Under the pieces are notes generated by a model, which was not told the origin of the DNA, did no database searches, and saw only the letters and a program-made list of their open reading frames with translations. A stretch of DNA of 64,000 bases. Source: Octopus sinensis (taxonomy: Eukaryota). Both the position numbers and the translations under genes were made by a program. The stretch lies in contig NC_043023.1 of assembly GCF_006345805.1 (NCBI RefSeq), positions 19,716,001 through 19,780,000 on the forward strand, in the 5' to 3' direction. Position 1 is the first letter of the stretch, and each line of letters begins with the position of its first letter. Shown in pieces: positions 12,520 to 24,680 of this stretch.

Positions 12520-13170
12520 CCAGTTACACACTGGGGTCGATATAATCGACTTAATCCCTTTGTCTGTCCTTGTTTGTTCCCTATGTGTTTAGCCCCTTGT
12601 GGGAAATAAAGAAATAGGTATTTCGTCTATCTTTACGTTCTGAGTTCAAATTCCGCTGAGGTCGACTTTGCCTTTCATCCTTTCGGGGTCGATTAAATAA
12701 GTACCAGTTATGCACTGGGGTCTACATATATTCAACTTAATCCCTTTGTCTGTCCTTGTTTGTCCTCTTTGTGTTTAGCCCCTTGTGGGAAATAAAGAAA
12801 TAGGTATTTCGTCTATCTTTACGTTCTGAGTTCAAATTCCGCCAAGGTCGACTTTGCCTTTCATCCTTTCAGGGTGGATTAAATAAGTACCAGTTACGCA
12901 CTGGGGTCGATATAATCGACTTAATCCGTTTGTCTGTCCTTGTTTTTCCTCTCTGTAACTAGCCCCTTGTGGGAAATGAAGAAATAGGTATTTCGTCTAT
13001 CTTTACGTTCTGAGTTCAAATTCCGCTGAGGTCGAATTTGCCTTTCATCCTTTTGGGGTCAATTAAATAAGTACCAGTTACGCACTGGGGTCGATATATT
13101 CGACTTAATCCCTTTGTCTGTCCTTGTTTGTCCCTTCTGTGTTTAGCCCCTTGTGGGTAGTAAAGAAATA
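12520..13170 (+). mobile_element. Tandem array (about 188-nt unit, about 3.5 copies) of the Nin-core SINE 3' part
   Basis: Repeated GAGTTCAAATTCC..GTCGACTTTGCCTTTCATCC..CCCCTTGTGGG..AAAGAAATAGG. Confidence 0.8.
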
Positions 13171-13267
13171 GGGATCTGCCATGAATGTGATTTTACTTGG
13201 CTTGATGGGTCTTCTTACATATTAATACACACACACACAAAATGCTACCCACCCCCGGTTCACTTAC

Positions 13268-13404
13268 TGGAATTGATGTCGGCAGAGGGAGGGTAATGGT
13301 CACTTGTGAAGGTGTTGTCTGAGACTGAATGGTAGAGGAACCAGTGGCTGGAACTATTGGCTGAGTCTGCAGCATGGGACTGACCGCTGGGTTGCTTTTC
13401 GACA
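13268..13404 (-). CDS. LIN54: LIN54-like exon 4 (VSKSNPAVSPMLQTQPIVP...LPTSIP)
   Basis: CATTTTCAG acceptor, GTAAGT donor, phase 1/0 fits both neighbours. Low complexity, so support is mainly structural. Confidence 0.82.
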
Positions 13405-13454
13405 CTGAAAATGGACAAAGGAAGAACATGGAGCAAAAACAGATTATTAGAGGG

Positions 13455-14250
13455 AGAGGTAGACCCAGGAAAACCTGGGATGAGGTGGTGAAGAACGACC
13501 TTCGAACTTTAGGTCTCACCGAGGAAATGACCAGAGACCGAGACCTTTGGAAGTATGCTGTGCGTGGGAAGACCCGGCAGGAGAAGTGAGACCATAACCC
13601 GTGGCCCCTACGTGGGACGTAGACAGCCCACTTATGCATACCGTTCCTTCTTGTGACACAAACCTTACTTATGAAGACCTGTCGAGGCAAGTGAAAATCA
13701 AAATCAAAATCTTTCGACATCAATGGAAATTGTAGCTGAGATACCAGTGCCGGTGGCACGTAAGAGAACCGTCCAAACGTTTGCCGTTACCAGCGCCGCC
13801 CCGACTGGCCTCTGTGCCGGTGGCACGTAAAAAGCACCATCCAATTGTGGCCATTTGCCAGCCTCGTCTGGCACCTGTGCAAGTGGCACGTAAAAAGCAC
13901 CCGATACACTCTCGGAGTGGTTGGCGTTAGGAAGGGCACCCGGCTGTAGAAACACTGCCAGATCAAAACTGGAGCCTGGTGCAGCCTTCTGGCTTCCCAG
14001 ACCCCAGTTGAACTGTCCAACCCATGCTAGCATGGAAAGCAGACGCTAAACGATGATGATGATGATATATATATATATATACATACATACATATATATGT
14101 TGGCGTTAGGAAGGGCATCCAGCTGTAGAAACACTGCCAGATCAGACTGGGCCTGGCACAGCCTCCTGGCTTCCCAGACCCCAGTTGAACTGTCCAACCC
14201 ATGCTAGCATGGAAAGCGGACGTTAAACGATGATGATGATGATGATGATA
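13455..14250 (+). mobile_element. 5'-truncated RTE-clade LINE 3' end with duplicated tail
   Basis: RGRGRPRKTWDEVVKNDLRTLGLTEEMTRDRDLWKYAV followed by a 3' UTR and (GAT)n. Confidence 0.85.
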
Positions 14251-14289
14251 GCAGAGATGCCTGGCCTTGCTCGGGATTAAAATGGCATA

Positions 14290-14775
14290 GTTTTTTTATT
14301 GATTTACTTGTTTCAGTCATGTGACTGTGGCCATGCTGGAGTAATGCAAATCGACCCCAGGACTTATTCTTTGTAAGCCTCGTACTTATTCTATCAGTTT
14401 CTTATGCTGAACCGCTAAGTTACAGGGATGTAAACACACCAACATCAGTTGCCAATCAATGGTTGGAGTATAAACACACACACACAAACACAAATATACA
14501 TATATATACATATATATATATATATGACAGATTCCTTTCAGTTTCCGAGTACAAAATCCACTCACAAAACTGAGGCTATAATATATATATATATGTGCGT
14601 GTGTGTTTATATATATATACACCTATTCTCTCTTTTACTTGTTTCAGTCATTTGACTGCAGCCATGCTGGAGCACCGTCTTTAGTCGAGCAAATCGACCC
14701 CGGGACTTATTCTTTGTTACCCCAGTACTTCTTCTATCGGTCTCTTTTGCCGAACCGCCAAGTGACGGGGACGTA
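14290..14775 (-). mobile_element. Bipartite tRNA SINE fragments
   Basis: TTACTTGTTTCAGTCATTTGACTG..GGAGCACC motif occurs twice. Confidence 0.7.
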
Positions 14776-15086
14776 GGTCTGTCTGGATCAGGACTGACCT
14801 GGGGTTAAACAACAACTATAGCCACTAATACTAACTACTATACATTAGACAATGTAGTCCTAGATACACTGTGCCTGAATAAAAGATGGGATGGTCACAG
14901 CTGGAACATATCTGATCATAGGCCAGTCTGGATCAGGACTGACCTGGGGTTAAACAACAACAGCTATAGCTACTAATACTAACTACGATATAATACATTA
15001 GATAATGTAGTCCTAGATACACTATGCCTGAATAAAAGATAGGATGGTCACAGCTGGAACGTCTTTGATCAGACTGAATCAGGACC
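14774..15086. repeat. Two copies of the dispersed about 150-nt unit (GGTCACAGCTGG..GACCTGGGGTTAAACAAC)
   Basis: Same unit at 24803-25982, 52481-52907 and 63058-63103. Confidence 0.8.
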
Positions 15087-15120
15087 TTTCCCTCACACAC
15101 ACACACACACCTTTACTCAC

Positions 15121-15319
15121 CTGTTGTGGTCTTTGCTTGCTGCGTGTTTGGCGTGACCAACCTCACATAATGGAGATTCTCCGAGACTGTGTGATGAATG
15201 GAAGGCGTTGAGACGGCGACCTGCCGGAGGGTGGCCGGGGCCTGCGAATAGGAGACCACCTGGACTGGCTTGTTTCCCACTGACAGCTGCAGGTGCTGCG
15301 TACACGAGGGCTTCGGCTG
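15121..15319 (-). CDS. LIN54: LIN54-like exon 3 (QPKPSCTQHLQL...SENLHYVRLVTPNTQQAKTTT)
   Basis: TTCTTCAG|CAG acceptor, CAG|GTGAGT donor, phase 0/1. HYVRLVT matches a LIN54 motif as recalled. Confidence 0.88.
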
Positions 15320-15462
15320 CTGAAGAAACAGAAGAAAATATAACAAAAAAGGTGAAAAACCATTTTGGTGGAGGGATGTGGCTCAGTGGTTAGGGATATC
15401 GGACTCATGGTCATAAGATTGCGGTTTCCATTCCTGGACTGGGTGGTGGGTTGTTTTAGGTG

Positions 15463-16165
15463 CAGGAGTGGCTGTGTGGTAAGTAGCTTGCTAACCAACC
15501 ACATGGTTCCGGGTTCAGTCCCACTGCGTGGCATCTTGGGCAAGTGTCTTCTACTATAGCCCCGGGCCGACCAATGCCTTTGTAGTGGATTTGGTAGACG
15601 GAAACTGAAAGAAGCCTGTCGTATATATGTATATATATGTATGTGTTTGTGTGTCTGTGTTTGTCTCCCTAGCATTGCTTGACAACCGATGCCGGTGTGT
15701 TTACGTCCCCGTTACTTAGCAGTTCGGCAAAAGAGCCCGATAGAATAAGTACTGGGCTTACAAAAGAATAAGTCCCGGGGTCGAGAAAATTAACATAGGC
15801 TGTGTGGTAAGTAGCTTGCTAACCAACCACATGGTTCCGGGTTCAGTCCCACTGCGTGGCATCTTGGGCAAGTGTCTTCTACTATAGCCCCGGGCCGACC
15901 AATGCCTTGTGAGTGGATTTGGTAGACGGAAACTGAAAGAAGCCTGTCGTATATATGTATATATATGTGTGTCTGTGTTTGTCTCCCTAGCATTGCTTGA
16001 CAACCGATGCTGGTGTGTTTACGTCCCTGTCACTTAGCGGTTCGGCAAAAGAGACCGATAGAATAAGTACTGGGCTTACAAAAGAATAAGTCCCGGGGTC
16101 GAGTTGCTCGACTAAAGGCGGTGCTCCAGCATGGCCGCAGTCAAATGACTGAAACAAGTAAAAAG
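15463..16165 (+). mobile_element. Two tandem bipartite tRNA SINE copies
   Basis: GGAGTGGCTGTGTGGTAAGTAGCTTGC head and tail both repeated. Confidence 0.8.
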
Positions 16166-16217
16166 AAAAAAAAATAAATAAAAAGAAGAGGAAGGAAGGT
16201 AAATGGGAAATATTTAC

Positions 16218-17632
16218 CTGCTTGATAATGAGCTTCGAAGGGGACTTCACCGTGCCCCCAATGGCAGTCGCCGAGTTGTTGGTCATTGTGAAAACGGACC
16301 TATCACTGCCCGCGACAGTCCTCGTTACCATGGTAACAATCGATGAGGCAGCAGATGAGGAAGGGGACTTGGACATGGAAACGGGGATCATGGTGATTTT
16401 CGTCGGGGTCTTCGCGGGGGACAGTGGCACTTTGCTGATCTGCAGCGCTGTTGATTTCGTAGGGGTTCCAGCACCGGCGGGCGTCATTGCCGTGACAACG
16501 GTCTGCGTGGGGCCGCCCGTCGTCAGCGACGGCATGATTGTTTGTTGCGGGGTTATGGTGATGGTCTTGGGCGTCGATGGGTTCTGCGAGCCGTGTTCTT
16601 GGCCGGCGACGGCCGTCAGCCCCGGGACGAGGGACGTGAGCGTCATCATTTGTCCCTGGACCTGCAACGGTATCGCTTGTTGCTGGAGGTGGTGGTCAAG
16701 CGAGGAAGAAGAAGAGGAATTCTTCGTGGCAACAGTGGCACTGCCCGATGGTGTGGTGATGATGAACTTCGCAAGTACAGGTGACATGTTTGAAGTACCG
16801 ATCAACGAGCGTTTGGTGGTCGCAGCCGCCGTAGAAGAAGGGGTCGCAGCAGTGAGCAGGGTCTTGTTAGCATGGGGCATACCAACAGCCACATCTGAAG
16901 GCCCCACTGCGACAACATATGTCGCAGTGGGCGTCACAGCAGCCTTCGACATCGGCCTGTTGCTACTACTGTTACTACTAATAACAAGGTTACCCAGGTC
17001 AGCGGACACTGTTGGCACGGCAGCGGAACTGGCAGCGGAATTTGCAGCGGAACTTACAGTGGTACTGGCAGCACCCACTACCGACGGCAACGTGATGCAG
17101 TCAAACGCCGCACTTGGTTTAGCAGCCGGCACCACAGTAAGGCCACTGTCGTTGCAGCCTGTGTCCGGCAGAGCAATGAACGTGCCAGAGAGGGGCAGCG
17201 AATGGCGCTGCTGTTTGCTGTCCACGACAATCACGCTGCCGGCGCCGGCCTCTTGGAAAGCCGGTTGCTGCTGCGGCTGAGGCTGCTGCTGCGTGAGGTC
17301 CGAAGCGATGTTTGAGGGCCCGGCGTTGGATATGGTGGGGGTGGCGGCAGCGGCGGCGACGGCGATGGTGGTGGGGGTCGCCGCGGCGGCGACGACGCCG
17401 GCATCTTCGAGGGAGTTGATCTGGCCGCCGGACAGCGACGCGCCCGCCGACGACAGCGAGGCCGACGACAACGAGGAGTGGAGCGTGCCGCCCACCACGT
17501 TGAACGAGGACGTCGACGACGACGAGGAGGACGATGAGGAGGAGGAGGATGCGGAGGAGGAGGAAGCCAGGCCCACCGTGTCGGAGTCGGACGGAGTCTG
17601 GGCAATGCCCACGACGACATCTTTGTCTGGGC
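16218..17632 (-). CDS. LIN54: LIN54-like exon 2, 1415 nt, S/A/T/Q/P-rich N-terminal region
   Basis: TATTTCAG acceptor (phase 1), CAG|GTAAAT donor (phase 0); open throughout; GC-rich compared with its flanks. Confidence 0.87.
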
Positions 17633-18323
17633 CTGAAATAGAAACAAAAGGCAGATTGTAACGAAATGAACTGCAGCAGAGACAACAACAACAACAACAA
17701 CAACGACAGCAGCGGCAACAACAAAGTTATGAGGAAACAAAGTCGAAGGGGCGAGTTTGAGATCTTTTCTGTTTGACCGGCAGTTTTTTAGCATAATTTC
17801 TAGTTAACTAAACACTTTTAAACTTCGTATTCTGGTAGAATGTGTTTATAAAACATCTTTTTCTCTTGGCTTTATTGAGAAAATTCTATAGCTTGTAAGA
17901 TATTTGCTGTTTTTTTCTTCGATTTCTGCAATTTCAACCAATCAATGACGTCTATTGAGGTGAGAACATCCTGTGCCGTATGAATATGGGCGCTGTTAGG
18001 TTTATAAAACAGTTAGGTTTATAAAGTTTATAAATAAATACATTTCATTCCATGTTCTGTTTAAACTTTATAAATAAATATATTCTTGCATTATTCATTA
18101 TTGTTTTTAAAAAAGAAATCACACCAAATCCGCACAAATGACCACCACCACTGCGATCACATACACCAATCATACACACGTATGTGTGTCTGTATTTATT
18201 GTATGTGTATAAGTAGTTATATGCTTATATTATCCATCATAGTAATATTTGTCTGTTGAAATCCGTTTTAAGGTGGTCAATAGTTTAATTAAAGATGTGT
18301 CTATACATGTGTATACATATATA

Positions 18324-18706
18324 TCTCTCTATATATAAACGGCAGTTTGTCTGTGCGTGTTTCTGTGTGTCTGTTTGCTTGTACCCTCACCCTGACCACG
18401 GCTTTCAACCGATTCTGATGAAACTTGACACACACATAGCCCAATGTCATAATTCAAAACTAACGCAGCGAAAATTTTGAAAAGTTCCCCCAGTTCTGAA
18501 AAAAATCGATAAATTCGACATGGGGTCGAGAATCAGAAACACAAACCGCAAACTGTCTAGGGGACGCAACTCCACCTTTATTAACTAAAAAAAAATTTAC
18601 CATCATTTTTTTCCCATTTTTTTGCTGTTTTTTGGCTATAACTCTCTAAAAATGCTTTATAGTTATTTCCCTTACAAACCTGAGCAACGCCGGGCGATAC
18701 TGCTAG
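18324..18706 (+). mobile_element. Non-autonomous Helitron-type element
   Basis: A|TC 5' end, subterminal GAGCAACGCCGGGC, CTAG|T 3' end, no TSD. Confidence 0.75.
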
Positions 18707-18862
18707 TATATATATATATACATGTGTATACATTACACATGAAATGTATTTATTTATAAACTTTAAACTGAACTTCAATTGTTTTATGTGATCGCAGTGG
18801 TGGTGGTCATTTGTGCAGATTTGGTGTGATTTCTTTTTTAAAAACAATAATGAATAATGCAA

Positions 18863-19412
18863 CTCTTACTCTCTCTTTTACTCTTTTACTTGTTTCAGTC
18901 ATTTGACTGCGGCCATGCTGGAGCACCGCCTTTATTCGAGCAAACCGACCCCGGGACTTATTCTTTTCGTAAGCCCAGTACTTATTCTATCCGTCTCTTT
19001 TGCCGAACCGCTAAGTGATGGGGACGTAAACACACCAGCATCGGTTGTGAAGCAATGCTAGGGGGACAAACACAGACACACAGACATCATCATCGTTTAA
19101 CGTCCGTTCTCCATGCCAGCATGGGTTGGACAGTTCGACCGGGGTTCTGGGAAGCCAGAAGGCTGCACCAGGCTCCAGTCTAATCTGGCAATGTTTCTAC
19201 AGCTGGATGCCCTTCCTAATGCCAATACCCTTCCTAACGCCAATGCCCTTCCTAACATATATATATACATATATACGACGGGCTTCTTTCAGTTTCCGTC
19301 TACCAAATCCACTCACAAGGCATTGGTCAGCTCAGGGCTATAGTAGAAGACACTTGCCCAAGATGCCACGCAGTGGGACTGAACCCGGAACCATGTGGTT
19401 GGTTAGCAAGCT
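18863..19412 (-). mobile_element. Bipartite SINE interrupted by an RTE tail (19085-19258)
   Basis: Splits the foldback arm cleanly at GCAA|GAAT. Confidence 0.75.
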
Positions 19413-19599
19413 AAGAATATATTTATTTATAAAGTTTAAACAGAACATGGAATGAAATGTATTTATTTATAATCCTAATTGTTTTATAAACCTAACAGCG
19501 TGGTGGTACGTAAATAAACGGCGTAAATTAACGAAGGTATAAACCTGACGACGGTTCACTACTTTCACTTCTGACAACTAAAAGCATGACAGCGCCTTA

Positions 19600-21154
19600 A
19601 TATGTCCCTCGTTTAAGAAACAAATTGGGTTTATTTACATTTCGGAAAGAAAAAAAGATACTTACCCCCCACCCCTAACCCTAAATCTAAAACAGATTGA
19701 AATGCAATAGATCGATACTAGGGTCATAATTATGGGTGACAATTTCATATGACACCGCTAGAAAAACCTGCCGTTCAAACCGAAAAGATCCATTTGTGGT
19801 TATATTTCTGCAATTTCAACGAATCAATGACGTCTATTGAGGTAAAAAAAACAAAAACATTCTGTGCCGTATGAATATGTCCCTCGTTTAAGAAACAGAT
19901 TGGGTTTATTTACATTTCGGAAAGAAAAAAAAGATACACTTACCCCCACCCCTAACCCTAAATCTAAAACAGATTGAAATGCAATAGATCGATACTAGGG
20001 TCATAATTATGGGTGACAATTTCATATGACACCGCTAGAAAAACCTGCCGTTCAAACCGAAAAGATCCATTTGTGGTTATATTTCTGCAATTTCAACCAA
20101 TCAATGACGTCTATTGAGGTAAAAAAAAAACATTCTGTGCCGTATGAATATGTCCCTCGTTTAAGAAACAGATTGGGTTTATTTACATTTCGGAAAGAAA
20201 AAAAAGATACACTTACCCCCACCCCTACCCTAAATCTAAAATAGATTGAAATGCAATAGATCGATACTAGGGTCAAATTATGGTGACAATTTCATATGAC
20301 ACCGCTAGAAAAACCTGCCGTTCAAACCGAAAAGATCCATTTGTGGTTATATTTCTGCAATTTCAACCAATCAATGACGTCTATTGAGGTAAAAAAAACA
20401 AAAACATTCTGTGCCGTATGAATATGTCCCTCGTTTAAGAAACAGATTGGGTTTATTTACATTTCTGAAAGAAAAAAAAGATACACTTACCCCCACCCCT
20501 AAATCTAAAATAGATTGAAATGCAATAGATCGATACTAGGGTCATAATTATGGGTGACAATTTCATATGACACCGCTAGAAAAACCTGCCGTTCAAACCG
20601 AAAAGATCCATTTGTGGTTATATTTCTGCAATTTCAACCAATCAATGACGTCTATTGAGGTAAAAAAAACAAAAACATTCTGTGCCGTATGAATATGTCC
20701 CTCGTTTAAGAAACAGATTGGGTTTATTTACATTTCGGAAAGAAAAAAATACACTTACCCCCACCCCTAACCCTAAATCTAAAATAGATTGAAATGCAAT
20801 AGATCGATACTAGGGTCATAATTATGGGTGACAATTTCATATGACACCGCTAGAAAAACCTGCCGTTCAAACCGAAAAGATCCATTTGTGGTTATATTTC
20901 TGCAATTTCAACCAATCAATGACGTCTATTGAGGTAAAAAAAACAAAAACATTCTGTGCCGTATGAATATGTCCCTCGTTTAAGAAACAGATTGGGTTTA
21001 TTTACATTTCTGAAAGAAAAAAAAGATACACTTACCCCCACCCCTAAATCTAAAATAGATTGAAATGCAATAGATCGATACTAGGGTCATAACTATGGGT
21101 GACAATTTCATATGACACCGCTAGAAAATACTGCCGGTGAAACCGAAAAGATCC
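19600..21154. repeat. About 273-bp tandem array (about 5.7 copies) of the right end of the GGATC element
   Basis: GTCCCTCG recurs at 19604, 19879, 20152, 20426, 20697 and 20971; each unit contains the TIR. Confidence 0.92.
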
Positions 21155-21524
21155 CGAGTTTGTGTAATCATACCAGCATAATTAATCCTCCCTCGCTCCC
21201 ACCGGAAGTTAGTTACGCAAGGAACCGTTTATGACCGAACACCAAATGTGATACGTTAGTGGAGGTGTGTCGTGTGCATAAAAATGTTGGCGCGGAAAAT
21301 TAAGGGGTACTCATGGAGTATAACGTTCCTCAAAATATACGCAGAAAAGGAGTATTGAAAGCATTCAAATATCAATAATGTAGTTTTTTTAGTTCGAGAT
21401 CATTACTGGGTACCCGAGGAGAATAACATTCCTTAAAAGTAACGCAGAGATTTGGCTGTTGTTTCCAGCATATCCCTTGACCACCTTCCTCGTTTCTTTC
21501 TTAAGTATTGATGTGTTACAATAT

Positions 21525-22405
21525 TCTGCGAGCTGGCAGAACCGTTAGCACGCCGGGCGAAATGCTCAGAGGTATTTCGTCTGTCTGAGTTCAAATTCCG
21601 CCGAGGTCGACTTTGCCTTTCATCCTTTCGGGGTCGATAAATTAAGTACCAGTTACGCACTGGAGTCGATGTAACCGACTTAATCCGTTTGTCTGTCCTT
21701 GTTTGTCCCCTCTGTGTTTAGCCCCTTGTGGGTAATAAAGAAATAGGTATTTCGTCTGCCATTCCATTTTGAGTTCAAATTCCGCCGAGGTCGACTTCAC
21801 CTTTCATCCTTTCGGGGTCGATTAAATAAGTACCAGTTACGAACTGGGGTCGATATAACCGACTTAATCCGTTTGTCTGTCCTTGTTTATCCCCTCTGTG
21901 TTTAGCCCCTTGTGGGTAATAAAGAAATAGGTATTTCGTCTGTCTTTACGGTCTGAGTTCAAATTCCGTCGAAGACGACTTTGCCTTTCATCCTTTCGGG
22001 GTCGATAAATTAAGTACCAGTTGCGCACAAGAGTCGATGTAATCGACTTAATCCCTTTTTCCGTCCTTGTTTGTCCCCTCTATGTTTAGCCCCTTGTGGG
22101 TAATAAAGAAATAGGTATTTCCTCTGACACACATCACAATTTTTTTTCGAAATATCTAAGGTTTATTTTGTAGATATATATGTATTTCTTTACTATCCAC
22201 AAGGGGCTAAACATAGAGGGGACAAACAAAGGGATTAAGTCAATTACATCGACCCAGTGCGAAACTGTTACTTTATTTATCGACCCCGAGAGGATGAAAG
22301 GCAAAGTCGACCTCGGCGGAATTTGAACTCAGAACGTAGCGACAGACGAAATATCGCGAAGCATTTCGCCCGGCGCGCTAACGTTTCTGCCAGCCCACCG
22401 CCTTA
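21525..22405. mobile_element. Nin-core SINE, tandemised on + (21525-22125), plus an inverted copy (22190-22405)
   Basis: Same head and core motifs as the other copies. Confidence 0.78.
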
Positions 22406-22644
22406 AATATATATGTAGATATATATGTGATGTATAAGGGTGCTTGCCCAAATACGAATTTAACAGTAAAGAATACCACCTGAAAGGTATTTGTAGAAAA
22501 TTTCATTTAAAAATATCAATATTTCTGAAAGTTATGAGGAAACAAAAGCTACGGGTGTGAATCTCCCGAAATTCCTCTCTCTACCCACGGAAAGAAATAC
22601 TCGCAACAAATTGTTATATAAACGTGATCCACAGCATATGAAGC

Positions 22645-23760
22645 GTGTTGACTCTTTTACTTGTTTCGGTCATTTTGACTGCGGCCATGCTGGAGCACTG
22701 CCTTTTAGTCGAGCAAATCGATCGACCCCCCCCCCCAGGACTTATTCTTTGCAAGCCCAGTACTTATTCTATCGGTCTCTTTTTGCCGAACCGCTATGTC
22801 ACGAGGACGTAAACACACCAGCATCGGCTGTCAAGCGATGTTGGAGGGGACAAACACAGACACACAAACTAGTTGGCTGGACTTCACAACCTCATATGTT
22901 CTTAAAATTTAAATCTACATTTTTATCTGTATATCTACCTTCTCTAAAATGTTACTACTTGATTTGAAAGCTTTTGTATTATTGGAAAACCTATATAAAT
23001 TGGCTGAAGAGCACTCAGCATCTTAAATCTGCTGTAATACTTACAACCTTTAATAAAATGTTGTAGTGCGAAACAATTGTACCAAATTACAGGAGTCATT
23101 CTTGTTGCTTATTTTTGATTATAATCACCCCGCAAATTTTTATGGATAACACCTTACAAAATTCTGGTGCATCTAAATTAAGTACCATATTCATTTGAAT
23201 CTAAATTGTTACAGGAGTGGCTGTGTGGTAAGTAGCATGCTAACCAACCACATGGTTCCGGGTTCAGTCCCACTGCGTGGCATCTTGGGCAAGTGTCTTC
23301 TGCTATAGCCCCGGGCCGACCAATGCCTTGTGAGTGGATTTGGTAGACGGAAACTGAAAGAAGCCTGTCGTATATATGTATATATATACATGTATGAGTG
23401 AGTGTGTGTGTGTTTGTGTGTCTGTGTTTGTCTCCCTAGCATTGCTTGACAACCGATGCTGGTGTGTTTTCGTCCCCGTCACTTAGCGGTTCGGCAAAAA
23501 GAGACCGATAGAATAAGTACTGGGCTTACGAAAAGAATAAGTCCCGGGGTCGAGTTGCTCGACTAAAGGCGGTGCTCCAGCATGGCCGCAGTCAAATGAC
23601 TGAAACAAGTAAAAGAGAGATATATGATGGCCGTCTTTCAGTTTCCATCTACCAAACCCACTCCCAAGGCTTTGGTCAGCCCGATGCTATAATAATAAGA
23701 GACACTTCCCCAAGGTGACGCGCAGTGGGACCGAACCAGGAACCATGTGGTCGGGAACCA
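22645..23760. mobile_element. Bipartite tRNA SINE copies and fragments
   Basis: Tail at 22645-22870 (minus), full copy at 23213-23618 (plus), head at 23630-23760 (minus). Confidence 0.7.
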
Positions 23761-23944
23761 AATCTCATATAAAAAAAAAAACATACCCTATTTTCTGGTA
23801 GTTATAAAGAAACGAAGTCGGTTGGGGCACTATAGTGTAGATGTGTCAATACATAAAGTCTTACCTGTCACTGTTGAGTAGAAATCTGGCTGTCTCAGGG
23901 GACTTTGACGCAAACATACATACATTGTCGAGCCTCTGACTGTG

Positions 23945-24270
23945 TGTATATTGTGCGAGTGTATATATATATATATAGTGTGCGTATATGTACGTATGCA
24001 TGTATATTGTGCGTGTATATGCATTTTTCATGTGTATGTATATGAAAAATATGTGCGTTTGTGAGTGTGAGTGTATGTATATACATACATACACACGTGT
24101 GTATATGCGACGCGTTTCGTGTGCATATAATGTACATAATACACACACACACACACACAATATACATATATATATATATAGAGAGAGAGGGGAGAGAAAA
24201 GACAGTGTGTGTGTATATAATATATATATATATACATATATATATGTGTATATATGTGTATATACATGTG

Positions 24271-24313
<43 letters not shown>

Positions 24314-24448
24314 CTCTATCTATTATATATATATATATATTATATATATACATATATGTATATATATATAATATATATATATATAATATATATATATATT
24401 ATATATATACATATATACATTATATATATATATATACATACATATATG

Positions 24449-24482
<34 letters not shown>

Positions 24483-24540
24483 CATATATGTATGTATATT
24501 TATATATATTATATATATATATATATATATAGATATATAT

Positions 24541-24586
<46 letters not shown>

Positions 24587-24680
24587 ATGTGTGTGTGTGT
24601 GTATGTATGTGTATAATAGATATATGTGGTGCGTGTGCGCGTTGCGTCTTGTATGTTTCGCTCGGCGCGTGTGAGTATGT
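23945..24680. repeat. (TA)n/(TG)n/(CA)n microsatellite complex
   Basis: Seen directly. Confidence 0.95.

Larger units (their letters stand above)
17989..19596. mobile_element. Nested TIR/foldback element with GGCGCTGT...ACAGCGCC termini
   Basis: 8-bp TSD TGAATATG / TTAATATG. Long inverted arms at 17990-18165 versus 18765-18862 plus 19413-19500. Confidence 0.75.
17760..21154. mobile_element. Non-autonomous TIR element of the GGATC family (Merlin-like) with nested insertions
   Basis: TIR (A/G)GATCTTTTC.GTTT.ACCGGCAGT at both ends; perfect 8-bp TSD CGAGTTTG at 17752-17759 and 21155-21162. Confidence 0.85.

Noticed and set aside
16222-17661. Plus-strand 352-aa and 122-aa ORFs and alternative-frame ORFs over exon 2
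   Set aside because: Shadow frames of a GC-rich low-complexity exon; no motifs and no splice support.
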